This document shows positions 30,575 through 41,374 of a DNA stretch of 64,000 nucleotides, in pieces (position 1 is the first letter of the stretch; each line of letters opens with the position of its first letter). The notes under the pieces are model-generated. The model saw only the letters and a program-made list of their open reading frames with translations. It did not search any database and was not told the origin of the DNA. The DNA lies in assembly GCA_002473165.1 (NCBI GenBank), contig DKSD01000011.1:2163-66162 (forward strand). The letters are read 5' to 3'. The translations under genes and the position numbers were made by a program. The stretch comes from Succinatimonas sp. UBA7265. GTDB taxonomy: Bacteria; Pseudomonadota; Gammaproteobacteria; Enterobacterales; Succinivibrionaceae.

Positions 30575-32343
30575 CAGAACTCCGGCCCGAAGGCAAAGTG
30601 CAGCTTGAACGAGGTGTCATCGTCGCTGATGCCGCACGCTAGATCGACGCTCACCGTGCCGTAGCCTGAGACATAGCGGTAGCCTATGCCCGGTCCCCAG
30701 AGCATGTCGCCGGTTTCCGTCTTGCTGTAGGCTTTGCCCGCGTCGAGGAACACGGCGCCGCGGGAGTTCTCGATCCCCACGGGGAACTGGAACTCCGCCG
30801 AGCCTAAGCTTAAATATTTGCCGCCGTTTAAGCCCCCTGAGTTGCGCGGGGCTTTGCTCATGTAGCCAAAGCCTCTGACGCTGCGATCGCCGCCTGCGAA
30901 AAAGCGCAGCGAAGGCGGCACTTTCGCGGCGTCGCGCCCGGCGGTGATGCCCTGGGTTAAACGGAAGATAAAGCGGGTGTTCTCCGTGGGGCTTAACACG
31001 CCGCGGAAACTTAACACGGCGCGGAAGAAATCGTAATCGGAAAACGCCCGCGTGCCGCCTGAGAAATCGCCTGAGACGCTGTAGCCAAAATGCGGATCCT
31101 GCCCGCCGGAGCTTTCGCGCCGCGACAGCTGAATCCCCGGCATGAGGTTTACGGCCGTGCCGCTGTCGGAGCCCTGGGTGTAATCCTCGTACTCGGCGCG
31201 CAGCGACCAGTCGCGGCGCCATTTGCCGGTATGGTTCTGCACGTAGTGGAAGCTTGCGTGCGAGAGATCGGAGAGCGTGTCGTTAAAATCGGTGTGCAGC
31301 TGCGCCAGGCGCACGTAGTAATAGTCAAGGTTGGGATCTTTGCGCGGGATCTTATAGATCACCTCGGCGTTGCGCTTGATGGCCGAAATGCGCGCGTAAG
31401 TCGAAAGCGAGTGCCCGTAGCGGTTTAACAGCGGCTTGTCCCACTCGGCGAGCACGCGGAAGCGCTCATCGGTGGAGTAGCCGGCGCCCAGGCGCATGAG
31501 GTTTTTGCTCTTGCGCTCAAGATGCAGCTCCAATGGCACTTCACGGTTTGCCAGTTTATCCGTGCGCGGCTGCACGTCGACGCTGCGGTAAAAGCCCGTC
31601 TGCGACATGGACGACTGGAAATCGTTTAAGGCCTTTGAGGAAAAAGGCGTGCCCCGGTTTAGCGTGAACAGGCTCTGCGCGGGCTCCAAGAGCTCCTGCG
31701 TCTGCGCGTCGGCAATGAGCGCGCCGAAGCTGTAGCGTTTGCCGGTGTCGAGCACCAGCGCGATGTCCGCGCGGTTTTGATCGTCATAGACCATGATGCG
31801 CGAATACAAAAGTTTGGCGTCAAAGAAGCCCAAAGCCATGGCGTTGGCGCGCAAATCGGCCTTGAGCTTTTCGTAGGCGCCGTGATCGAGCACGGCGTAC
31901 GGCTTGATGCCGCTGCGCTCCAAAAGCCGGCGGAACGAGGCGTAGCCCGCGCCCTCGCCCAAGATCTCAAGATGGGCCTCGCGGATGTACAAAGGCTTGC
32001 CAGGATCTATCTGCACCTCGACCTCGCGGGAGAAGCTGTCGCGCTCAGGCACCGTGATCTCGATGCCGGGGTGGTAGTAGCCCAAGGCCCGCAGCGCGAG
32101 CGCCGTCTTGTCGCGGATCTCGCGGGTAAAGCTGCGCGCGCGCCGCGCGGGAATGGCCGGGAGCGCTGAGAGCGTCTCATTGACATTATCCAAAAGCCGG
32201 CCATCGGTACCCGTCACCTTGAACGTCACGCGATCCTGCTCCCGCGGGCTCTCCTCCTGGGAGAGCGAGCAGCCTGAGAGCAGCAGCAGGGCGAGCGCGG
32301 ACGCCCCGGCTTTAGCCAGGAAGGCCTGTGTGCCTTGTGCCAT
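30574..32343 (-). CDS. tamA: Translocation and assembly module outer-membrane subunit TamA (Omp85 family) with a lipobox-type signal peptide
   Basis: POTRA-like N-terminal half, an Omp85 barrel, and a C-terminal '...HFAFGPEF'. 'ALALLLLSGC|S' is a lipobox. GGAGG lies 6 nt upstream of the ATG at 32343. Confidence 0.85.
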   Translation of the reverse strand: MAQGTQAFLAKAGASALALLLLSGCSLSQEESPREQDRVTFKVTGTDGRLLDNVNETLSALPAIPARRARSFTREIRDKTALALRALGYYHPGIEITVPERDSFSREVEVQIDPGKPLYIREAHLEILGEGAGYASFRRLLERSGIKPYAVLDHGAYEKLKADLRANAMALGFFDAKLLYSRIMVYDDQNRADIALVLDTGKRYSFGALIADAQTQELLEPAQSLFTLNRGTPFSSKALNDFQSSMSQTGFYRSVDVQPRTDKLANREVPLELHLERKSKNLMRLGAGYSTDERFRVLAEWDKPLLNRYGHSLSTYARISAIKRNAEVIYKIPRKDPNLDYYYVRLAQLHTDFNDTLSDLSHASFHYVQNHTGKWRRDWSLRAEYEDYTQGSDSGTAVNLMPGIQLSRRESSGGQDPHFGYSVSGDFSGGTRAFSDYDFFRAVLSFRGVLSPTENTRFIFRLTQGITAGRDAAKVPPSLRFFAGGDRSVRGFGYMSKAPRNSGGLNGGKYLSLGSAEFQFPVGIENSRGAVFLDAGKAYSKTETGDMLWGPGIGYRYVSGYGTVSVDLACGISDDDTSFKLHFAFGPEF

Positions 32344-32591
32344 CGCGCCCCTCCGCAACTGCCGCGCCGTTTGGGCGCGCCCTCTTTTAAACCCGGGCCG
32401 CATCAGGCCCCTGAATTTAGGAATTAGTATATCTCACGGCCCGCCTTGCGCCCTAAAGCGCCCTGCGGCCGCAGTCGCGGCGCGGGCGCCGTGTTTTGAT
32501 TGTGCTAGAATATCGCGGATTAAGACCCTGCGCTCTCTCTGAGGTCGCTGTCTTGTCGGGATGTAAACACTGTCGTTTCCGGGGGGTTCCT

Positions 32592-33728
32592 GTGGGTTCA
32601 ACCGCAATCCTGGCTCTCGCAGACGGTACGGTTTTCAGAGGCCGCGCGTTCGGCGCTGAAAATGTCACCGCTGTCGGCGAGGTCGTCTTCAACACGTCCA
32701 TGACCGGCTATCAGGAGATCCTCACCGATCCCTCCTACGCAAGCCAAATCGTCACTCTGACCTATCCTCATATCGGCAACTACGGCACGAACGCCGAAGA
32801 CGTCGAATCCGCGCAAATCTGCGCCATGGGCCTGGTGATCCGCGATCTCTCGGTCACGGCCTCAAACTTCCGCAGCGAAAAGACGCTCAGCGATTTCTTA
32901 AAAGAGCACGGCAAACCCGGCATCTGCGGCATCGACACCCGCATGCTCACGCGCATTCTCCGCGACAAGGGCGCGCAGAACGCCTGCCTCACGACCGATC
33001 CCAAAATAGATGAAAAGGAAGCGCTCGCCAAAGCCAAAGCCTTCAGCGGGATCAAGGGCCTGGATCTTGCCAAAGTCGTCACGACGAAAGAGCGCTATGT
33101 GTTCACTGAAGGCTCCTGGGTCTTAGACCAGGGCTATGTAAAGCCGGCGCGCACGGAGTTTAACGTCGTCGCCTACGACTTTGGCATCAAGCGCAATATC
33201 TTAAGGCTCCTGTGCGACAGGGGCTGCAAGGTCACGGTGGTGCCGGCACAGACCCCCGCAAAGGACGTGCTCGAGATGCACCCTGACGGGATCTTCCTCT
33301 CAAACGGCCCGGGCGATCCCGAGCCTTGCGACTACGCGCAAGAGGCCATCAAGGAATTCTTAAAGGCCAAGGTGCCGGTGTTTGGCATTTGCTTAGGCCA
33401 CCAGCTGCTCTGCCTGGCCTCAGGCGCCAAAACCGTCAAGATGAAATGCGGCCACCACGGTGCCAACCACCCGGTAAAAGAGCTCGCCTCAGGCAGGGTG
33501 TTCATCACCTCGCAAAACCACGGCTTTGCCGTGGACAAGGAGACGCTCCCTGAAAACCTCAAAGCCACGCACGTCTCGCTCTTTGACGGCACCTTGCAGG
33601 GCGCTGAGCGCACGGACTGCCCGGCCTTTGGCTTCCAGGGGCACCCCGAGGCCAGCCCGGGCCCGCACGATCCGCAGCCGCTTTTTGACCATTTCGTAGA
33701 GCTCATGCGCAAATATCGCCAGGAATAG
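32592..33728 (+). CDS. carA: Carbamoyl-phosphate synthase small (glutaminase) subunit
   Basis: '[22 protein letters not shown]', 'GICLGHQL' and 'HG' of the triad. A GTG start at 32592 is inferred from alignment to the canonical N-terminus ('..ALLVLEDGT'-like 'AILALADGT'). Confidence 0.93.
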   Translation: MGSTAILALADGTVFRGRAFGAENVTAVGEVVFNTSMTGYQEILTDPSYASQIVTLTYPHIGNYGTNAEDVESAQICAMGLVIRDLSVTASNFRSEKTLSDFLKEHGKPGICGIDTRMLTRILRDKGAQNACLTTDPKIDEKEALAKAKAFSGIKGLDLAKVVTTKERYVFTEGSWVLDQGYVKPARTEFNVVAYDFGIKRNILRLLCDRGCKVTVVPAQTPAKDVLEMHPDGIFLSNGPGDPEPCDYAQEAIKEFLKAKVPVFGICLGHQLLCLASGAKTVKMKCGHHGANHPVKELASGRVFITSQNHGFAVDKETLPENLKATHVSLFDGTLQGAERTDCPAFGFQGHPEASPGPHDPQPLFDHFVELMRKYRQE

Positions 33729-33737
33729 GAGCCGGAC

Positions 33738-36700
33738 ATGCCTAAGCGTACAGATTTAAAGACCATCCTGATTTTAGGCGCCGGCCCGATCGTGATCGGC
33801 CAGGCCTGCGAGTTTGACTACTCCGGCACCCAGGCGGTGCGCGCGCTGCGCGAGGAAGGCTACAAGGTCGTGCTCGTCAACTCGAACCCGGCCACGATCA
33901 TGACGGATCCGGATCTCGCGGACGTCACCTATATAGAGCCCATCCACTGGAAAGTCGTCGAGCACATCATCGAGAAAGAGCGCCCGGACGCCATCCTCCC
34001 GACCATGGGCGGCCAGACGGCGTTAAACTGCGCCCTCGAGCTTGAGAAGCACGGGGTGCTGGCCAAATACGGCGTGGAGATGATCGGCGCCAAGGCCGAC
34101 GCCATCGACAAAGCCGAGAACCGCGAGCGCTTTGACGAGGCCATGAAGAAGATCGGCCTCGAGTGCCCGCGCGCCGGCATCGCCCACTCCATGGAAGAGG
34201 CCTGGGAAGTGCAGCGCAAAGTCGGCTTCCCCTGCATCATCCGCCCGTCGTTCACCATGGGCGGCACCGGCGGCGGCATCGCCTACAACCCCGAGGACTT
34301 CGAGACGATCTGCAACAAGGGCCTCGAGCTCTCCCCCACCCATGAGCTGCTCATAGACGAGTCGCTCATCGGCTGGAAGGAATTTGAGATGGAGGTCGTG
34401 CGCGATCGCAAGGACAACTGCATCATCGTCTGCTCCATCGAGAACCTGGACCCCATGGGCATCCACACCGGCGACTCCATCACCGTGGCCCCGGCGCAGA
34501 CGCTTACGGACAAGGAATACCAGATCATGCGCGACGCCGCCATGGCGGTGCTGCGCGAGATCGGCGTCGAGACCGGCGGCTCGAACGTCCAGTTCGGCAT
34601 CAACCCCAAAAACGGCCGCATGGTCATCATCGAGATGAACCCGCGCGTCTCCCGCTCCTCGGCTTTAGCCTCCAAGGCCACGGGCTTTCCGATCGCGAAG
34701 ATCGCCGCCAAGCTGGCGGTGGGCTACACGCTCGATGAGCTCGGCAACGACATCACCGGAGATAAAACCCCGGCCTCGTTTGAGCCGGCGCTTGACTACG
34801 TCGTCACCAAGGTGCCGCGCTTTAACTTTGAGAAATTCCCCAACTCCGATGACCGCCTGACGACCCAGATGAAGTCCGTGGGCGAGGTCATGGCCATAGG
34901 CAGGACGTTCCAGGAATCGCTGCAAAAAGCGCTGCGCGGCCTGGAGACCGGCAAGTGCGGCCTCGATCCGCGCCTTGACATGAAATCCCAGGGCGCCCGC
35001 ACCAGGCTCATCCATGAGCTCGAAAACGCCGGCGCGCACCGCATCTGGTACATCGCCGACGCCTTCAGGCTCGGGCTCACGGTCGACGAGGTGCACCGCT
35101 ACACGAATATCGATCCCTGGTTCCTCTGCCAGATCAAAGAGCTCATCGACATCGAGATCGGCCTGGACGGGCGCACATTAAAGTCCGTGGACGCGGCCGA
35201 AATGCGCGATCTCAAATCGCGCGGCTTCTCGGACAAGCGCCTGGCGCAGCTGCTGCACACGACCGAAGATCGCGTGCGCGCCCGCCGCTGGCTGCACGAG
35301 GTCTACCCGACGTTCAAGCGCGTTGACACCTGCGCCGCCGAGTTCCCGACCTCGACTGCCTACATGTACTCGACCTACGAGCAGGAGGATGAGGCCTGCC
35401 CGGGCAAGCGCCGCAAGATCGTGGTCTTAGGCGGCGGCCCGAACCGCATCGGCCAGGGCATAGAGTTTGACTACTGCTGCGTGCACGCCTCCATGGTGCT
35501 GCGCGAGGACGGCTATGAGACCATCATGGTCAACTGCAACCCTGAGACCGTGTCCACGGACTACGACGTCTCCGATCGCCTGTACTTTGAGCCGGTGACG
35601 CTTGAGGACGTGCTGGAGATCTGCCGCGTCGAGAAACCTGACGGGGTCATCGTGCAGTTTGGCGGCCAGACGCCGCTGAAGCTTGCCAAGAAGCTTGAGC
35701 AGGAGGGCGTGAAGATCATCGGCACGAGCCCGGATGACATCGACCGCGCCGAAGACCGCAAGCTCTTCCAGGAAGTCGTAAACCGCTTAAAGCTGCTGCA
35801 GCCGCGCAACGGCACGGCCGTGTCGTTAAACCAGGCCGTCGAGATCGCGCAGCAGATAGGCTACCCGCTCGTGGTGCGCCCGTCCTACGTCTTAGGCGGC
35901 CGCGCCATGGAGGTCGTGTACGACGAGCAGGATCTCAGGCACTACTTCAAGGAGGCCGTGAAGGTCTCCAACAAGAGCCCGGTGCTGCTGGACAAATTCC
36001 TTGACCACGCCACCGAGATCGATGTCGACGCCGTCGCCGACGGCAAAGACGTTGTGATAGGCGGCATCATGGAGCATGTCGAGGAGTGCGGCGTGCACTC
36101 AGGCGACGCCTCCTGCGTGCTCCCGCCGTGGCACCTTTCAAAAGAGATCCAAAAGCGCCTTGCCGACATCTCCCGCGAGCTGGCGCTGGCGCTCAACGTG
36201 CGCGGCCTGATGAACGTGCAGCTGGCTGTGCGCGAGGACAAGATCTACTTAATCGAGGTCAACCCGCGCGCCGCCCGCACCGTGCCGTTCGTGTCCAAGG
36301 CCACCGGCCTGCCGCTTGCCAAGATCGCAGCGAGGATCATGGTCGGCCAGACCATCGCGCAGCAGGGCATAAAGCAGGTCATTCCGCCTTACTACTCCGT
36401 AAAGGAGGTCGTGCTGCCCTTTGCCAAATTCCCGGGATCCGATCCGCTTTTGGGACCTGAGATGCGCTCGACGGGCGAGGTCATGGGCACGGCCCACATG
36501 TTCCCCGAGGCTTACGCCAAAGCCGAGCTCGCGGCCAAATCGCCGATCGTGCGCCAGGGCACCGTGCTGCTCTCCGTGAAAAAATCCGACAAAGACCGCC
36601 TGCCGCGCCTGGGCAAGCTTTTGCAAAAAGCCGGCTTTACGCTTGAGGCCACCTCCGGCACCTGCCAGTGCCTTGAGGAGGCCGGGGTTGAAGTCAAGCG

Positions 36701-36965
36701 CGTCAACAAGGTCTACGAAGGCCGCCCGAACATCCTCGATTACTTAAAGAGCGGGCGCTACAGCTGGGTCATCAACACCACGGAAGGCCGCCAGTCCGTT
36801 GAGGATTCGCGCGAGCTGCGCCGCAGCGCCCTGCGCTACTGCGTGGGCTACACCACGACGCTCAACGCCGCGTTCGCCTGCATCGAGGCGCTGCCTGAGG
36901 ACGAGTACCACAATGTGCACTCGCTCCAGGAGCTCCATCAGATGATCAAAGACGCTCACAAATAA
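33738..36965 (+). CDS. carB: Carbamoyl-phosphate synthase large subunit
   Basis: '[33 protein letters not shown]', duplicated ATP-grasp halves, and an MGS-like C-terminus. Confidence 0.97.
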   Translation: MPKRTDLKTILILGAGPIVIGQACEFDYSGTQAVRALREEGYKVVLVNSNPATIMTDPDLADVTYIEPIHWKVVEHIIEKERPDAILPTMGGQTALNCALELEKHGVLAKYGVEMIGAKADAIDKAENRERFDEAMKKIGLECPRAGIAHSMEEAWEVQRKVGFPCIIRPSFTMGGTGGGIAYNPEDFETICNKGLELSPTHELLIDESLIGWKEFEMEVVRDRKDNCIIVCSIENLDPMGIHTGDSITVAPAQTLTDKEYQIMRDAAMAVLREIGVETGGSNVQFGINPKNGRMVIIEMNPRVSRSSALASKATGFPIAKIAAKLAVGYTLDELGNDITGDKTPASFEPALDYVVTKVPRFNFEKFPNSDDRLTTQMKSVGEVMAIGRTFQESLQKALRGLETGKCGLDPRLDMKSQGARTRLIHELENAGAHRIWYIADAFRLGLTVDEVHRYTNIDPWFLCQIKELIDIEIGLDGRTLKSVDAAEMRDLKSRGFSDKRLAQLLHTTEDRVRARRWLHEVYPTFKRVDTCAAEFPTSTAYMYSTYEQEDEACPGKRRKIVVLGGGPNRIGQGIEFDYCCVHASMVLREDGYETIMVNCNPETVSTDYDVSDRLYFEPVTLEDVLEICRVEKPDGVIVQFGGQTPLKLAKKLEQEGVKIIGTSPDDIDRAEDRKLFQEVVNRLKLLQPRNGTAVSLNQAVEIAQQIGYPLVVRPSYVLGGRAMEVVYDEQDLRHYFKEAVKVSNKSPVLLDKFLDHATEIDVDAVADGKDVVIGGIMEHVEECGVHSGDASCVLPPWHLSKEIQKRLADISRELALALNVRGLMNVQLAVREDKIYLIEVNPRAARTVPFVSKATGLPLAKIAARIMVGQTIAQQGIKQVIPPYYSVKEVVLPFAKFPGSDPLLGPEMRSTGEVMGTAHMFPEAYAKAELAAKSPIVRQGTVLLSVKKSDKDRLPRLGKLLQKAGFTLEATSGTCQCLEEAGVEVKRVNKVYEGRPNILDYLKSGRYSWVINTTEGRQSVEDSRELRRSALRYCVGYTTTLNAAFACIEALPEDEYHNVHSLQELHQMIKDAHK

Positions 36966-36986
36966 AGCCGAGCCTTGATAAAACGC

Positions 36987-37022
36987 CAGGCGGCGGCCGC
37001 AGCCGCCGCCTGATTTTTTTTT
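36987..37022 (+). terminator. Rho-independent terminator of carAB
   Basis: caggcggcggc-cgca-gccgccgcctg followed by a T9 run. Confidence 0.85.
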
Positions 37023-37059
37023 GCGTTCAGGAAAAGCGCGGGGCCCGGGCCCCGCGCAC

Positions 37060-37068
37060 TGGTATAAT
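37060..37068 (+). promoter_or_regulatory. Candidate extended -10 promoter element (TGgTATAAT) for the ABC exporter gene
   Basis: TGGTATAAT lies about 100 nt upstream of the ATG at 37170, in an otherwise AT-rich leader. Confidence 0.4.
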
Positions 37069-37169
37069 TTGCACCGTGTTTCTTTTTTAAGGCGGCGCGG
37101 AAGTGGCGCGCCCCGTTAAATCTAATTTACAAATAACAATATTTTAATTTCAATTTTCTTTGAGACCGC

Positions 37170-38972
37170 ATGCTAAAGCTGTTTAGATCCATAGTCTCCT
37201 TTATCCGCAACGACGGCAACGCGGAATCCCAGGTCAAATGGTCGCTGTACCTGAGGGTGTGGAAGGAGTTCGGCCTGCCCTACTGGAAATTCCTGCTCTT
37301 AGGCGTCATCTGCACCATCCTCGCCTCGTCGGCAGAAGGCTTTGCCATCACGCTCGTGCAGAAGATCATCGACGAAGGCTTCGTCGAAAAGAACATGAAC
37401 TCGCTGTACATGATCGGCCTTGAGCTCATCGGCGCCTATTTCCTAAAGAGCATCTTCACGTTCTCCAAGACCGTGTCGATCGCCAGAGTGGGCTTTAAAG
37501 GCGCGGCCGCGCTCAGAAAGCGCCTGTTTAAGCACATGATGACGCTCTCCATGGACTTCTTCCAGACCACGCACTCGGGCATGATGATGAACATCTTTGT
37601 GGGACTTGCCAGCGCCATGCTCAACATGGTGACCTCGGGCGTCATGAGCATCATTCAGAACGCCTCGACACTCGTCATCATGATCTCGCTGATGTTCTGG
37701 TACTCGCCCAGGCTTACGATCACCATGTTTATCTTAGGGCCGCTCATCGCCCTCGTCATGACGCTCATCGCCAGGCGCCGCCGCGTCGTCGCGCGCCACC
37801 GCTTTGCCTTGGACGGCAAATCCATGACGCAGATCTCCGAGGCCTACCAGGGGATCAAGACCGTGCAGGCCTTCTGCACGGAGAAAACCGAGTACGACAA
37901 GATCTCCGACACCGAGGATCGCAAGGTCAAAGTCGGCATGCAGGGGGCGCGGCTTTCGGGCATTCAGTCCCCGCTTTTGGAGATCCTGATCTCCATGGGC
38001 CTGTGCGGCGCGCTGATCGCAGGCGGCGAGTACATCACGGCAGGCGAGCTCACGACCGGCGATTTCACGGCCTTCCTGTTGGCCATGACAGCCGCCTACA
38101 AGCCGGTGAAGTCGCTCTCCTCCGTAAGCGGCGGCATCCAGGAGGGCCTGATCGCCGCAGAAGGCCTGTTCTCGATGCTCGACCGTCAATCCGCGATCAA
38201 GGACGCCCCGGACGCCAAAGACTTTAACGATCAGCGCATCAGCGTGAAGCTCGATCACGTGAGGTTTGCCTACGATCCCAAAGAAGGCGATGTGGTAAAC
38301 GATCTCCGCCTTGACGTCCCCGCCGGGAAGATCTGCGCCTTTGTAGGCCCCAGCGGCGGCGGCAAGTCCACGATCTTCAACCTGCTGCTGCGCTTTTACG
38401 ATCCTAAAAGCGGCTCGGTGAGCTTCAACGGCACGGATCTGCGCAAGATAAAGCTCGCGTCGCTGCGCAAGTCCATCTCCATCGTCTCCCAGGACGTGTT
38501 CCTCTTTAACGACACCGTCATGGCCAACATCCGCTACGGCTCCCCTGACGCCACGGACGAGCAGGTTTACGCCGCGGCCAAAGCCGCATACGCCGACGAG
38601 TTCATCCGCGAGCTTCCGGGCGGCTACCGCATGCTGGTGGGCGAGCGCGGCGATCTGCTCTCAGGAGGCCAAAAGCAGCGTATCGCGATCGCGCGCGCCA
38701 TCTTAAGGAACAGCCCGATCCTGCTGTTGGACGAGGCCACGAGCGCTTTGGACAGCAAGTCGGAGCACTACATCCGCATGGCGCTGGAAAAGCTCATGAA
38801 AGGCCGGACCTGCTTTGTGATCGCCCACCGCCTCTCCACGGTCACCGGCGCGGACATGATCTGCTATATAAACCACGGCCGCATCATCGAGCAGGGCACG
38901 GACGAGGAACTGTGCGCGAAAAACGGCGAGTATAAGAAGCTCAAAGATCTGCAGTTCAAAGACAGCAAGTAA
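37170..38972 (+). CDS. msbA: ABC transporter, fused permease/ATPase; MsbA-like lipid A/lipid exporter
   Basis: Six-TM ABC_membrane half. Walker A 'GPSGGGKST', signature 'LSGGQKQRIAIARA', Walker B 'ILLLDEATSALD'. Confidence 0.75.
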   Translation: MLKLFRSIVSFIRNDGNAESQVKWSLYLRVWKEFGLPYWKFLLLGVICTILASSAEGFAITLVQKIIDEGFVEKNMNSLYMIGLELIGAYFLKSIFTFSKTVSIARVGFKGAAALRKRLFKHMMTLSMDFFQTTHSGMMMNIFVGLASAMLNMVTSGVMSIIQNASTLVIMISLMFWYSPRLTITMFILGPLIALVMTLIARRRRVVARHRFALDGKSMTQISEAYQGIKTVQAFCTEKTEYDKISDTEDRKVKVGMQGARLSGIQSPLLEILISMGLCGALIAGGEYITAGELTTGDFTAFLLAMTAAYKPVKSLSSVSGGIQEGLIAAEGLFSMLDRQSAIKDAPDAKDFNDQRISVKLDHVRFAYDPKEGDVVNDLRLDVPAGKICAFVGPSGGGKSTIFNLLLRFYDPKSGSVSFNGTDLRKIKLASLRKSISIVSQDVFLFNDTVMANIRYGSPDATDEQVYAAAKAAYADEFIRELPGGYRMLVGERGDLLSGGQKQRIAIARAILRNSPILLLDEATSALDSKSEHYIRMALEKLMKGRTCFVIAHRLSTVTGADMICYINHGRIIEQGTDEELCAKNGEYKKLKDLQFKDSK

Positions 38973-38985
38973 GCGCTGCTGACAC

Positions 38986-39019
38986 AAAACCGCCTGAAAC
39001 AGCCAGGCGGTTTTTTTTT
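38986..39019. terminator. Bidirectional terminator shared by the msbA-like gene and the convergent transposase gene
   Basis: ccgcctg-aaacagc-caggcgg, flanked by aaaa (upstream) and T9 (downstream). The transposase stop codon (39018-39020) lies in the T-run. Confidence 0.8.
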
Positions 39020-40835
39020 AGGAAAGGCGGCGGTAGATGAGCTCCTCGCGCGTCAGCCGGGGCTGCGCCGCCTGATCAGGGGCGGCGTAGTCGCGCTCCT
39101 CGCTCAAAGCGGCCGCCGCGACCTCGGCGCCCGGCCACTCCTGCTCTGTGCAGCTTAAATCCACGTTTAAAGCCTCTAGCAGCGCGCTCAGCGTGCGCGA
39201 AGGTTCGCTGACGGCGGCGCCGTAGCGTTTGGTGTAATTGAGCTCTATGCCCGAGAGCATGCCTAAAACCACATCGTCTGAGTTGTAAGGCAGCCCTGCC
39301 ACGGCGCTGCCGGCGCGGCTTAAAGCGCGCCTGAGCATTAAGGAAATCGCGCAGGCTAAAAACTGCACAAAATCCTTGGCGTCCTCGTCCGACAGATCGT
39401 TGCTTAACACGGCGCCGCTGGAGAGCCGCTCCCGGCAGGTGCGAAAGCCCGCCCAGATCTCATTGCGGTCAAAATAGTCGCAAAAGGCTTTGACCGGATC
39501 GTCCCAGGCATCTGAGAGCAGCAGCCTGACGCTGCGGCGGTCGAGCGCGAGCTGCACGGCCTCCTCGACCACCTTAAGCGCGCCTGAGCCCTCGTCGTCG
39601 CGCATGTAGCGCTCGCGGATCGCCTGCAGATCCTCAGGCAGCGGATCGCCGCGCTCCAGCGCCTCGTACACCAGGCCGATCCCGCGCTTTAAGCGCTCGC
39701 GGGTCTGGTTATACACATTCTCATCAAAATAGATGTGCAGCCACAAAAGCGCGCTGCGCCGCCTGCCGCCGCCCAGGTGCCAGTTCCAGCGCACCCTCTT
39801 TGTGAACACCGCGCAGCCGATCACCGGATGGTAGGCGCTCAGGGCAAACAGATGCCGCCGCGAGAGCTGCATGATCCGATCGAAGATCCCGTGGTGGGTG
39901 CGCGGGTTTACCAGAAAATGCAGACCGCCGCGCAAAAAGCCTGAAATCGCCTGCGGTCCGGCGTAGCCGCGATCGCCTATGAGCATGAGCCTGCCGCCTA
40001 AATCGCGGCGCGTCAGCCGCGCCACCGCAGCCCTTAAGGCCTCGGGGCTTGTCAGGCGGCTTTTTCCCATCAGGCAGTAGCACAAAGGCAGGCAGCTGTC
40101 GCGCTCGACGGCCATCAGGCAGCTGCGATCGCCCTCGCCGTCCTCATCGGCAAACTCGGCGCGCGCCGACCAGGACATGCGGTTGTGGCGCTTAAAGCCC
40201 GGGCTTGAGCAGTAGACGAGCACTTCGCTGTTTTCGCCCAGGCACGCCCCCAGCCTTGAGAGGAACAGCGCCCGTTTTTGCGCCGTGATCCTGGAGAACA
40301 GCCGCCGCACCTCGCGCGCCGTGATCACCTGTGTCCATGGCAGGTAAAAGTTCTTCGTAAATTCCACAAGCCTCGGGGAGAGGCGCTCGGTGCCCAGCAC
40401 CAGGAAAAAGGCCAGCGAGAGGATCTTGCGCCAGTCGGAGTAGCGGCTGAACGTCAGCTCGAGCGCCTCCTCAAGCGGGCTGCGCTTTATGAGATCCCAA
40501 AGCGTTTTCGTGGCGCCAAAGGAAAGGTGCGGCCGCAAAGCGCCAAAAGGCGCGGCATCAGGTTCCGCAGGCGTGAAGCTCAGCGCGCCGTCCGCTCCCC
40601 TTGAGGTCTTGAACGCTCTGAGCTCCGGGTGCTTTTTCAGGTAGAAATCCTTCCACTCCACCTCCCCGTCCTTGCGCCCTGAGAGGATCTTGCCCACCGA
40701 GGTCGTCGAGCTGCGGTACGAACGGCCTTTTTGACTGTCCCAGGCGTTCTCATAGGTGCACAGGTAGTAAAACCTGCCGCTGCGCAGCGCCAAAAGCGGC
40801 TCAAGGCGCGGGATGGGAGGTGTTGTCTTATCCAT
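39018..40835 (-). CDS. IS4-superfamily (IS1634-like) DDE transposase
   Basis: 'LMLIGDRGYAGPQAI' is a DDE_Tnp_1-type D motif. 'DYFDRNEIWAGFRTCRERL' matches the Y-x2-R-x3-E..K region of IS4-type transposases. No terminal inverted repeats were found. Confidence 0.6.
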   Translation of the reverse strand: MDKTTPPIPRLEPLLALRSGRFYYLCTYENAWDSQKGRSYRSSTTSVGKILSGRKDGEVEWKDFYLKKHPELRAFKTSRGADGALSFTPAEPDAAPFGALRPHLSFGATKTLWDLIKRSPLEEALELTFSRYSDWRKILSLAFFLVLGTERLSPRLVEFTKNFYLPWTQVITAREVRRLFSRITAQKRALFLSRLGACLGENSEVLVYCSSPGFKRHNRMSWSARAEFADEDGEGDRSCLMAVERDSCLPLCYCLMGKSRLTSPEALRAAVARLTRRDLGGRLMLIGDRGYAGPQAISGFLRGGLHFLVNPRTHHGIFDRIMQLSRRHLFALSAYHPVIGCAVFTKRVRWNWHLGGGRRRSALLWLHIYFDENVYNQTRERLKRGIGLVYEALERGDPLPEDLQAIRERYMRDDEGSGALKVVEEAVQLALDRRSVRLLLSDAWDDPVKAFCDYFDRNEIWAGFRTCRERLSSGAVLSNDLSDEDAKDFVQFLACAISLMLRRALSRAGSAVAGLPYNSDDVVLGMLSGIELNYTKRYGAAVSEPSRTLSALLEALNVDLSCTEQEWPGAEVAAAALSEERDYAAPDQAAQPRLTREELIYRRLS

Positions 40836-40847
40836 GGTGCTTATCCC

Positions 40848-40979
40848 CTAGATATGTGCAATCGCACCGTGATCATGCGGCTTTTGGGCCCGCGTGGGGA
40901 TAGATGCTCTTGTATCATTTTGTAAATTCATAAAATTATTTTTTAAGGCACATCTATGCCACGGCGGCTGCGCATCTAG
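40848..40979. repeat. Four copies of a yTAGAT(a)TG/yGC motif (two direct, two inverted) upstream of the transposase gene
   Basis: ctagatatgtgc (40848-59, +), atagatgctc (40900-09, +), gcacatctat (40948-57, inverted), gcgcatctag (40970-79, inverted). Confidence 0.5.
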
Positions 40980-41094
40980 GCAGGCGTTATCTGCGCCGTT
41001 TTGCCGTCCGCAATCCCGGCCGCCCTACAATGCCTCCGTTACCTGGGCCGGGCGTCTGTCCCGGCTGGTTTTGCAATTAAAGAGGACTTACAAC

Positions 41095-41337
41095 ATGAAG
41101 ACTTTTGCCGCTGCCGCCGCTTTTTCACTGCTGCTGGTATCAGGCGCCGCCTTTGCCACCATGGAGGCTGCATACACCACCGATCCCTCAGGCGAAGGCG
41201 TGCATCACCGCCGCCCTGCCTGCCCGGATTTCATCTTTATCGAGCACAAGGACGGCTCAATGGAAGAACACGTCTCCGCCCACAAGGTAATTGAGGGTCG
41301 CAGCGCCGTGGACTCAGGCGAGTGCGTGTTTTACTGA
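41095..41337 (+). CDS. Small secreted hypothetical protein (80 aa)
   Basis: AAAGAGGA RBS and signal peptide MKTFAAAAAFSLLLVSGAAFA. The mature part has 2 Cys and no recognisable family. Confidence 0.5.
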   Translation: MKTFAAAAAFSLLLVSGAAFATMEAAYTTDPSGEGVHHRRPACPDFIFIEHKDGSMEEHVSAHKVIEGRSAVDSGECVFY

Positions 41338-41374
41338 TCCGTGTGTCACGAAATGCTTGCCTGAAAGATCTGCC

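Noticed and set aside
36987-37012. Recurrent CCGCCTG / CAGGCGG words in the terminator stems of glk, carB, msbA and kdsD, considered as a possible DNA-uptake-sequence-like signal.
   Set aside because: - Only 4 of about 10 terminators carry the word.
- The 7-mer also occurs frequently inside coding regions of this G+C-rich DNA.
- Over-representation cannot be shown without genome-wide counts.
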